From positions 1,350,001 to 1,382,000 of the forward strand of contig NC_000916.1 of the NCBI RefSeq assembly GCF_000008645.1: a stretch of 32,000 bases of DNA, given 5' to 3'. The DNA is from Methanothermobacter thermautotrophicus str. Delta H. Its GTDB lineage: Archaea; Methanobacteriota; Methanobacteria; Methanobacteriales; Methanothermobacteraceae. The notes beneath the pieces were generated by a model. It was not told the origin of the DNA. It ran no database searches and was given only the letters and a program-made list of their open reading frames with translations. Each line of letters starts with the position of its first letter. The first letter of the stretch is position 1. The position numbers and the translations under genes were made by a program. Of the stretch, positions 19,448 to 27,264 are shown one piece after another.

Positions 19448-20473
19448 ATGAAAGTTGCAGTTTATGGCGCGGGTAACCAGAAACTTTATGTGGACCAGCT
19501 GAACTTGCCTGAAAAATATGGGGGTGAGGCACCCTACGGTGGAAGCAGAATGGCAATTGAATTTGCAGAGGCCGGACATGACGTTGTACTGGCAGAACCA
19601 GCAAGGGATATGCTGGATGATGCACACTGGAAGGTGGTTGAGGATGCAGGGGTCACAGTAACAGACAACGATGCAGAGGCAGCCAGTGAGGCTGAAATAG
19701 CAGTACTCTTCACACCCTTCGGTAAGAAGACCTTTGAGATAGCAAAGAACATAACAAATCACCTGCCAGAGGGGGCTGTCATAGCAAACACCTGTACGGT
19801 CTCACCTGTGGTACTCTACTACGTACTTGAAAGGGAGCTTAGAAGGGATCGTAAGGACCTGGGTATAGCATCAATGCACCCTGCAGCCGTCCCTGGTACA
19901 CCACAGCACGGCCACTATGTCATAGGGGGTCACTCAAGCAGTGAACTTGACATAGCAACAGATGAACAGATATCAAGATGCGTTGAACTCGCTGAAAGCT
20001 GCGGTAAGGTAGCCTATGTTGTACCAGCCGACGTATCAAGTGCAGTTGCAGATATGGGGTCACTTGTTACAGCGGTCACACTTTCAGGTGTCCTTGACTA
20101 CTACTATGTGGGTACACAGATAATCAGGGCCCCCAAGGAGATGGTTGAAAAGCAGATCCTCATGACACTCCAGACCATAGCTTCACTCGTTGAAACCTCA
20201 GGTGTTAATGGAATGCTCAAGGCCATGAACCCTGAACTCCTTGTGAGGAGCGCTAAATCAATGCACCTCCTTGAGGAGCAGGAGGAACTGGATGCAGCAC
20301 TCAACACCCTATCAGACCTTGATGATGAGGTAAATAAATGGATAGAGAAGGGTGAGATCAGGCACACGGATCTGGTTGCTGCACAGGCCCTTGCAAAGGA
20401 GATAAAGAACCTCATGGGTGGAAAGGCTGCCGAGGGTACAATAAGGCGCTGCATGAGGAAGATGTTTGAATAA
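19448..20473 (+). CDS. hmdII: Hmd paralogue (H2-forming methylenetetrahydromethanopterin dehydrogenase-related), HmdII-like
   Basis: MKVAVYGAGNQKLYVDQLNLPEKYGGEAPYGGSRMAIEFAEAGHDVVLAEP, NTCTVSPVV, GIASMHPAAVPGTPQHGHYV, ADMGSLVTAVTLSGVLDYY. The assignment to HmdII rather than HmdIII rests on general family and locus memory. Confidence 0.8.
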   Translation: MKVAVYGAGNQKLYVDQLNLPEKYGGEAPYGGSRMAIEFAEAGHDVVLAEPARDMLDDAHWKVVEDAGVTVTDNDAEAASEAEIAVLFTPFGKKTFEIAKNITNHLPEGAVIANTCTVSPVVLYYVLERELRRDRKDLGIASMHPAAVPGTPQHGHYVIGGHSSSELDIATDEQISRCVELAESCGKVAYVVPADVSSAVADMGSLVTAVTLSGVLDYYYVGTQIIRAPKEMVEKQILMTLQTIASLVETSGVNGMLKAMNPELLVRSAKSMHLLEEQEELDAALNTLSDLDDEVNKWIEKGEIRHTDLVAAQALAKEIKNLMGGKAAEGTIRRCMRKMFE

Positions 20474-20614
20474 TAATTTTTCCTTATCTTATTTTGTGCA
20501 ACAAATTTTTTTGAGACCAATTCGGCAGCTGATTTTTGCAATGATTTGATGTTATCCAGAATAAGTTTTTAGTAGAAGCTCTGAATCGATGTTTTAATCC
20601 AAAAAATAAAAAGA

Positions 20615-23600
20615 TCAGGTGACGGTTATTCTCATATTAACCGCCCTGAAGGTCTTTTTTATGTACACGTACCTGTAACCCCTTATGGTGTTGCTGTAGT
20701 TGAGCGTTGCTGATAGTGTGTCGGCTCTGAAGGTCTCTGAGAGTTTTATGGTCCTGGTGTACCTGCTCGGGTTGTAGATCTTCCTCGTTGTCACTATCCT
20801 TGCATCGTATGGGTAGTATCCGATGGTTGCTGAGTAGCTTCTGCCGGGTTTCAGTGTGAACTTGAATGTCCGGTATCCAAGTTTTGCACCGGTTGATGAA
20901 TAAACCGTCACATAGTATGTCACTGTGGTGGTGTACTTTCCTGTATTTCTGAATGTGAAGGAGTATTTTCTTCTGGCCGGGTTAACGTATACTGTGCTGT
21001 TCCTGAGGTTACCCAGACTGAAGGTGTAGACACCGGGTCCGGATAGGTACTGCTGGAAGTTTATGTTTCCTCTCTCCCCGGGTCCGAGTCTGATGGTTTC
21101 GTTCCTTATGAGTGACCCGTTTAGGTAGAATGGTATGCTGAATTCCCCTTCAAGGTCACCACTGTTTTCAATCTCTGCACTGACATTTGCGTTCACTGAC
21201 CCCACAGCGCTTCCCGGTGTAACACTGAATGATCTTATCTCAAGTGTGGCTGGTTTCAGTGCGTTCACATTGATGCCGGGCGGATTATCTATCCACACCG
21301 TGTGGTTGCCCCTCTGCGTTATATTGTATGTGAATGACACTGTGACATCCCCACCGGCAGGCACGTTAACGGTCCTGTTCTGGACATTCACACCGTCAAT
21401 GTAGAGCCTTGCGGTGTAGTTACCGGCAATGTCTCCGATGTTGGTCACCCTTACAGATGCATTGACTCTGAAGGGTATGACTCCGGTGGATGGTGAAACA
21501 GTTAGGCTGTCAACAATGAAGGTTGCGGGTCTTAGAACCCTCACCGTGACCGGGGAAAGGGAATTGACAGTCACCTGGTGCTCACCTGGTTCACTGATAT
21601 CCGCTGTGAAGCTAACAAGCACTGAACCCGGACCTGTGACCCTAACGGTCCTGTTCTGGACATTCACACCGTCAATGTAGAGCCCTGCAGTGTAGTTTCC
21701 AGACCCCTCCTCAGTGGTGCTTACCAGGGCCGTGACTATTATCCTGTGTGGTGAAACACCGGTGAGTGGTGTGGCACTGAGGTTTGAGATTGCAGGTTCA
21801 CTGAGTACCCTCACATCAAGTGGGGTTAGAGATCCTATTCCAGCCAGGTATATTCCGGCATTTTCTATGGTGTGATTAAATGCCACCTGGACGCTTCTAC
21901 CGGCCCCAACTGTAACATTCTTCTCATCCACAGCCAGACCGTTGATGTAGAGGACTGCAGTGTAATTCCCGTCAACCTCGCCGGTGTTCCTGGCAGTGGC
22001 AGTGGCTGTTATGGTAAGAGGGCTGAAACCTGAAGATGGTGTCACGCGCAGATCTGAGAGGGTTATGCTGGCAGGTCTAAGGACACGCACGATTTTACTG
22101 AACTCATTGATTCCCACAGTATGGTTTCCAGGGGTTAGAAGTGTCCCCATGGCGATTTCCCTTGTTTCGCCCGGACTGAGACTCACAATGTTCTCCTGGA
22201 CGACCACACCATCAACCATTAGCCTTGCAGTGAAACCTATAACCAGGTCGTGGGGATTTGTCACGTTCAGGGACGCCCTTACACTTAATGGGGCCGGGCC
22301 TGTCACAGGCGTGACATTGAACCCTGTGATCGTTGGATCAGGCTCAAGGACCCTGATAGTCACATCAGTGCCTGAGTTCAAACGCAGACGGTATTCACCT
22401 GGAAAGGCGAGCTCCTTTTTGAATGAAACCAGCACCGAACTCTTACCAGGGACACTGACGGTTCTGGTTTCCCAGGCTACATCATCAAGGTAGAGCGTCA
22501 CTGCGAAATCACCTGCTAGGTCACCGTTGTTCCTTACTATTGCAGTGACAGTCACGTTGAGTGGTGATTTGCCCTCCACCGGGGAAACTGTAACATTGGA
22601 TAGTGTGAAGTTGGCCTCACTGAGGACCCTGACGGTTCCTGAGACATTATTGTTGAGTGATATCGTGTATAATCCTCTATCAGGAAGGAGTATGCTGGTG
22701 CTGAAGGGTACCGTGCTTTCACCTGGAATATTGAGGACCTTCGTGTGATCGGGAACACCGTTGACGTATATGGTGGCTGTGTAACTCCTTGGATTTGAAT
22801 CGATATTGGTGATCATGGCGCTGACCGTAACCGTCAGTGGTGCTGCTCCGCTCTGGGGTGTCAGTGTGAAGTTTTCTATGTAGAACTTCTCCCCCTCCAT
22901 GACATAGACCAGCTCGGGTTCAAGGTCGTTTATGGTGATCTCATATAGGCCTGCTGCAAGGGTCCTGTTGAAGGATACGGTGGTCCTGCTGCTGGCGTTC
23001 ACGGTGACATTCCTGCTGTCAAGGAGCACCCCGTCAATGTAAAGTTCTGCTGTGTAGCTGTCTGGAAGGTCGCCGTAGTTTACAAGGTCAGCTGTCACAT
23101 TCACCTTCAGGGGCTCCTGGCCACCTGATGGTGTCACCCGGAGGTTCTCTGGGATTATCAGGGGCCCGAGGAATACCCTCACAGTTGCTGGTGGGAAGTT
23201 GTTCACACCCACAGAATATGCCCTGCTGTTTCTCAGGGTGTATTCAAACTCGAAGGGCTCTGTTTCCAGTGAACCAACCTCGACCCACTTTCCAGCAGTC
23301 CTGTAACCGTTTATGTAGAGGTCAAGTCTGTACCACCCTGTGGAATCACCGCAGTTGGTTATGTTACCTCTAAGGGTTACTGTGAGGGGTCCTGTCCCGT
23401 TGAGGGGTGTCACGCTGATGTTGCTTATTATGAATGGTGTGAATCTTGTAAGGAAACCATCTGAGAGTCCTGTGAGATTCTTTTTGCAGGCATCTGGAGT
23501 TACCGTGAAATTTGAGGACCAGGTTTTCCCTGCAACATAGATGTTCTGGTACCTGTCAACCGCCACACCGTAGCCCTGGTCTGCCTCAATGCCCCCCAGG

Positions 23601-24841
23601 TAGGAGCTGTAGAGGACGCCTTTCGGGATGCTGAATTTCATAACGAAGGCATCCACACCACTTAAGGAACTGTCGTATGCTCCGGGTGTTAAGGGGAAGT
23701 TATCTGATCCTGTCCAACCTGTGAGGTAGAGGTTTCCAAGGATGTCCTGTGTGATATCGTTTATTGAGTCGTCTCCGCGCCCACCGAGATAGGTTGAGTA
23801 TTCCACTGAGTAGTCATTGAATACCATGATGAAACCGTCACTGGAGCCGTTCCTTGTTTTCTGGTAGGCGTTTGGTGTCACAGGGAAGTCAGATGAATTG
23901 GTTTTACCTGCGAGGTAAATCCGGGAGTCCCTGGATATAATTGAATAACAGAAATCCGGTCCTGAACCTCCAAGATAGGTTGAATAATCACAATTCAGGT
24001 CTGGAGTGAATCTTGATAGAAATATATCGGTGGTTCCCCTTTTATCACCGGATATGGCATCAAATGTCACTGGAAAGTCATCTGAGTAGGTGTATCCCGT
24101 AATGTATATGTTACCTGCATAGTCAATGGCGATACCCTGGCAGTAGTCGTCCCATGATCCCCCAAAGTATCTTAGATTGACAGGATTGAGGTCCTGGTCG
24201 AACCTGGCAAGAAATGCATCGTATCCACCATGATAGGTCCAGTCTGTCAGTGGAGTTGCGTTTGGGTTGGTCCCAGGCACTCTGGCTGTACCCCCACCCA
24301 GCTCGGATACATTGAGGACGGTTGAAATTGTGTAGCCACTGACGTAAATGTTGCCCTCATAATCGATGGCAAGGCCCTTTGCAACGTCATAGCCTGAGCC
24401 GCCAATGTATACCCTCTTAACTTCTTTGCCTGAGGGGTCTATTTTTGATATGAAGGCATCCGCAACCTTCAGACCGTCATGGTTTATCTCGCCCACAACG
24501 TAGGCGTATCCATCTCCATCTGCAACTATTCTGTGGCCCCAGTCGTCTCCTGATGTGTCAGTTAATATTGTGTGGTATATGACTTCTCTTGTCACGTTAA
24601 ATTTGGTGACGAATACATCCTTGGATCCATTTACATGTGTAGATCCGGTCACATAGATGTACCCTGAGTCGTCCACATAGACGTCACGTGCCTCGTCAAC
24701 GACTTTGTCACCGAGGTATGTTGAATAGTCCACTGTATAGTTTGATTCTGCAGCTACTGTACCCTGCAGTATCAGTAGGAGGAATATGGTGCAAAACAGA
24801 ATAGAAAACCTTTTATATAGGTCTATTTTATCACCTCCCAA
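20615..24841 (-). CDS. large secreted/cell-surface protein: signal peptide, SBBP-type beta-propeller repeats, CARDB-like repeats, Tyr/Arg-rich C-terminal domain
   Basis: Signal-like KRFSILFCTIFLLLILQGTVAA; repeated 'YSTYLGG...D...GIAIDYAGNIYITGYT'; then repeats 'ISNLSATPLTGVSPHRIIVTALVS...NYTAGLYIDGVNVQNRTVRV...VRVLRPA'. Confidence 0.85.
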   Translation of the reverse strand: MGGDKIDLYKRFSILFCTIFLLLILQGTVAAESNYTVDYSTYLGDKVVDEARDVYVDDSGYIYVTGSTHVNGSKDVFVTKFNVTREVIYHTILTDTSGDDWGHRIVADGDGYAYVVGEINHDGLKVADAFISKIDPSGKEVKRVYIGGSGYDVAKGLAIDYEGNIYVSGYTISTVLNVSELGGGTARVPGTNPNATPLTDWTYHGGYDAFLARFDQDLNPVNLRYFGGSWDDYCQGIAIDYAGNIYITGYTYSDDFPVTFDAISGDKRGTTDIFLSRFTPDLNCDYSTYLGGSGPDFCYSIISRDSRIYLAGKTNSSDFPVTPNAYQKTRNGSSDGFIMVFNDYSVEYSTYLGGRGDDSINDITQDILGNLYLTGWTGSDNFPLTPGAYDSSLSGVDAFVMKFSIPKGVLYSSYLGGIEADQGYGVAVDRYQNIYVAGKTWSSNFTVTPDACKKNLTGLSDGFLTRFTPFIISNISVTPLNGTGPLTVTLRGNITNCGDSTGWYRLDLYINGYRTAGKWVEVGSLETEPFEFEYTLRNSRAYSVGVNNFPPATVRVFLGPLIIPENLRVTPSGGQEPLKVNVTADLVNYGDLPDSYTAELYIDGVLLDSRNVTVNASSRTTVSFNRTLAAGLYEITINDLEPELVYVMEGEKFYIENFTLTPQSGAAPLTVTVSAMITNIDSNPRSYTATIYVNGVPDHTKVLNIPGESTVPFSTSILLPDRGLYTISLNNNVSGTVRVLSEANFTLSNVTVSPVEGKSPLNVTVTAIVRNNGDLAGDFAVTLYLDDVAWETRTVSVPGKSSVLVSFKKELAFPGEYRLRLNSGTDVTIRVLEPDPTITGFNVTPVTGPAPLSVRASLNVTNPHDLVIGFTARLMVDGVVVQENIVSLSPGETREIAMGTLLTPGNHTVGINEFSKIVRVLRPASITLSDLRVTPSSGFSPLTITATATARNTGEVDGNYTAVLYINGLAVDEKNVTVGAGRSVQVAFNHTIENAGIYLAGIGSLTPLDVRVLSEPAISNLSATPLTGVSPHRIIVTALVSTTEEGSGNYTAGLYIDGVNVQNRTVRVTGPGSVLVSFTADISEPGEHQVTVNSLSPVTVRVLRPATFIVDSLTVSPSTGVIPFRVNASVRVTNIGDIAGNYTARLYIDGVNVQNRTVNVPAGGDVTVSFTYNITQRGNHTVWIDNPPGINVNALKPATLEIRSFSVTPGSAVGSVNANVSAEIENSGDLEGEFSIPFYLNGSLIRNETIRLGPGERGNINFQQYLSGPGVYTFSLGNLRNSTVYVNPARRKYSFTFRNTGKYTTTVTYYVTVYSSTGAKLGYRTFKFTLKPGRSYSATIGYYPYDARIVTTRKIYNPSRYTRTIKLSETFRADTLSATLNYSNTIRGYRYVYIKKTFRAVNMRITVT
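21367..21408. repeat. 42-bp exact repeat, copy 1, within the surface protein gene
   Basis: TAACGGTCCTGTTCTGGACATTCACACCGTCAATGTAGAGCC, identical to 21643-21684, offset 276 bp (92 codons). Confidence 0.85.
21643..21684. repeat. 42-bp exact repeat, copy 2, within the surface protein gene
   Basis: Identical to 21367-21408. Confidence 0.85.
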
Positions 24842-25151
24842 AGGTGAACTTTATTCTCACAGTTATAATGAATATAATTTACGGTTTGATCTTGAAATTA
24901 AGAAATTATCTTTACACTTCAAAAAAATAAACTGGATGTTTTCATGAAGTTATACAATAAGAGGGACAATCTAAAAAGGATTTTTATTAATAGAGGATTA
25001 TTCAGTATTAATCAGCCTCAGAAAACATCCGGAGCATCAGCAGCTGAAAATTCGTTATATACAGTCACGGCTTCGGTGGCAGAATATTTCAGCTGATGTG
25101 TCGTTTTCAGGATATCAGAGAAGGGGATGGAATTAGAGGTAAATAAAGGCT

Positions 25152-25775
25152 TCAGAGGACAACGAGGATGGACATGTAACTGAATTCAGATTCACTCACA
25201 TCCCTCAGTGTTGATTTCAGGACCCTCTCATCGGGATAGCTGAGCCTTTCACAGACAGCAACCCTCCTTTCAGGGTCAAGACCGCATTCAATGAGGAATG
25301 CTGCTGTCTTTGATGGATTCCTTGAGGGCAGGATTATGGTTGGCCTCCCATTATCAATTACATCCAGGATCCCCTCCTCGCCACGTCCATGAAGGGTGAT
25401 GACATCTGCATCGTCCCAGGGTATCAGCAGCCTCGCAGCACATAGCTGGATTGAGCTGATTCCAGGCACCACCTTCACCCTCACCGGGAGTCCACGGGAG
25501 GATATTATCCTTTTCAGTGGTTTGAGGACCCCTGAAAATCCAGGGTCGCCTGTGGAGAGCACGGAGACCTCCATGGCGATTGCAAGTTCAGCAGCCCTTC
25601 CTAACTTCTCATCCATATCCCTGGCACCGAGGACCACGGTTTTTCTGGCGGATGGAAAAAGTTCAAGGGCCCTGCGACTTCCAAATACAACTTCTGAGTT
25701 CATAACCACATTTTTTGCAGCGGGTGTGATGTAATCCGGCGATCCTGGACCTATTCCCACTATGTTCAGAGTCAT
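25152..25775 (-). CDS. cbiE: cobalt-precorrin-7 C5-methyltransferase (CbiE family)
   Basis: NIVGIGPGSPDYITPAAKNVV...LSTGDPGFSGVLKPLKRI...VVPGISSIQLCAARLLIPWDDADVITLHGRG; standalone CbiE length. Confidence 0.88.
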   Translation of the reverse strand: MTLNIVGIGPGSPDYITPAAKNVVMNSEVVFGSRRALELFPSARKTVVLGARDMDEKLGRAAELAIAMEVSVLSTGDPGFSGVLKPLKRIISSRGLPVRVKVVPGISSIQLCAARLLIPWDDADVITLHGRGEEGILDVIDNGRPTIILPSRNPSKTAAFLIECGLDPERRVAVCERLSYPDERVLKSTLRDVSESEFSYMSILVVL

Positions 25776-25909
25776 AAAATTACCCCTATTCCATCAAATC
25801 AGCACGGAGGCAGATATTCACTGGGTCTCAGCAATCTCTCCATTAAAGAGAGTGTCCCATACCAACATTTTATTATAATATCCCGGCACTACTTATTAAT
25901 GTGATAACA

Positions 25910-27100
25910 ATGATCCAGATTGCAGTCACAGGAAAACCCAACGTTGGAAAATCATCATTCTTCAATGCAGCCACCCTATCTGAGGCCGAGGTTGCATCAT
26001 ATCCCTTCACAACAATCGATGCCAACCATGCAGTGGCCTATGCATCCTGCAGATGCCCCTGCAGGGAACTTGGAGTTGAATGCAACCCCCGGAACTCCCG
26101 GTGCATCAATGGTGTCAGACTAATACCAGTGGAGCTCATAGACGTCGCCGGCCTGGTACCAGGGGCCCATGAGGGGAGGGGCCTCGGGAACAAGTTCCTT
26201 GATGACCTCAGACAGGCGAGGGCATTTCTCCATGTCATAGACGCCTCGGGTTCCACCGATGAGGAGGGGAGACCCGTTGAAGCAGGAAGCCACGACCCCC
26301 TGGAGGACGTTGAGTTCCTGGAGGAGGAGATAACCATGTGGCTCTACGGGATCCTCGAGAGGAACTGGGAGAGGCTCCTCAGAAAGGCTGCTTCAGAGAA
26401 GCTCGACATGAACCGAATCATACATGAACAGCTCTCAGGTACCGGAATAACACCTGAGGACATCATTGAGGCATCAAGAAAGGTGGATGCCGATGTTTAT
26501 TCATGGGGGAAGGATGAGCTTCTGCAGTTCCTTGATGAGCTCCTCAGAATAGCAAAGCCAATGCTCATAGTTGCAAATAAGGCTGACCTTCCCTCAGCCG
26601 GTGAGAATATTGAGCGCCTGAAGGATGCCTACCCCCACGTGGTACCCGCATCTGCAGAGGCTGAACTGGCCCTCAGAAGGGCAGCAGAGGCGGGTTTAAT
26701 CAGTTACACCCCCGGTGGCAGTGAATTTGAGATAATCGATGAATCAAAGCTCACAGATAAACAGAGGGCGGCCCTTGAGTACATACGTGAAAATGTCCTG
26801 GAGGTTTACGGAAGCACAGGTGTCCAGGAGGCCATCAACAGGGCCGTATTTGATCTTCTGGACATGATAGTTGTCTTCCCGGTTGAGGATGAGCACAGAT
26901 TCACTGACCAGAAGGGGAATGTGCTGCCAGACGCCATCCTTGTACCGCGGGGCTCCAGTCCAAGGGACCTTGCCTACCTGATACACACGGAGATAGGTGA
27001 CTCCTTCCTCCATGCGGTGGATGCCAGAAAGGGTATGAGGGTCGCATCCGACCATGAACTGGAGGATGGGGACATAATAAGCATTATATGCAGCAGATAG
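25910..27100 (+). CDS. YchF/OLA1-type archaeal GTPase/ATPase with C-terminal TGS domain
   Basis: [89 protein letters not shown]...[33 protein letters not shown]. Confidence 0.88.
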   Translation: MIQIAVTGKPNVGKSSFFNAATLSEAEVASYPFTTIDANHAVAYASCRCPCRELGVECNPRNSRCINGVRLIPVELIDVAGLVPGAHEGRGLGNKFLDDLRQARAFLHVIDASGSTDEEGRPVEAGSHDPLEDVEFLEEEITMWLYGILERNWERLLRKAASEKLDMNRIIHEQLSGTGITPEDIIEASRKVDADVYSWGKDELLQFLDELLRIAKPMLIVANKADLPSAGENIERLKDAYPHVVPASAEAELALRRAAEAGLISYTPGGSEFEIIDESKLTDKQRAALEYIRENVLEVYGSTGVQEAINRAVFDLLDMIVVFPVEDEHRFTDQKGNVLPDAILVPRGSSPRDLAYLIHTEIGDSFLHAVDARKGMRVASDHELEDGDIISIICSR

Positions 27101-27114
27101 TTTCATAGGATATC

Positions 27115-27154
27115 ACATTAATTTAATAACATGAGTGGTGCATTTCAAGTGTAA
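27115..27154. repeat. 40-bp direct repeat copy 1 upstream of P-type ATPase gene
   Basis: ACATTAATTTAATAACATGAGTGGTGCATTTCAAGTGTAA. Confidence 0.85.
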
Positions 27155-27210
27155 GTCCCCTTGATGAAGCTGGTGGCTGTGCAACCCCAAGGGTATGGGA
27201 TGAGAGTATT

Positions 27211-27250
27211 ACATTAATTTAATAATGAGGGTGGTGTGTTTCAAGTGTAA
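27211..27250. repeat. 40-bp direct repeat copy 2 upstream of P-type ATPase gene
   Basis: ACATTAATTTAATAATGAGGGTGGTGTGTTTCAAGTGTAA, 96 bp after copy 1 and ending 15 nt before ATG 27265. Confidence 0.85.
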
Positions 27251-27264
27251 ATGTGGTGTTAACC

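Noticed and set aside
19418-19762. 114-aa Cys-rich minus-strand ORF
   Set aside because: Opposes the Hmd paralogue and has no domain; Cys/Tyr richness reflects complementary codons.
20504-20614. AT-rich sequence after hmdII (accaattcggcagctgatttttgc...) looked like a mobile-element remnant
   Set aside because: No inverted repeats, target duplication or transposase homology could be supported by eye. It is more simply a convergent termination region.
21984-22493. 169-aa plus-strand ORF and neighbours in the surface gene
   Set aside because: They repeat periodically because the real minus-strand gene is repetitive (VLFWTFTPSM reappears in frame). Not an independent gene.
20615-24841. Repeats that could be mistaken for a CRISPR or minisatellite array
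   Set aside because: Periodicity is ~90 codons, in frame, and matches protein domain repeats; no short regularly spaced repeats with unique spacers.
27164-27217. 17-codon mini-ORF MKLVAVQPQGYGMRVLH between the two 40-bp repeats, possible leader peptide
   Set aside because: No Shine-Dalgarno, no attenuation hairpin seen, and leader-peptide control is not established in this group; too weak to call.
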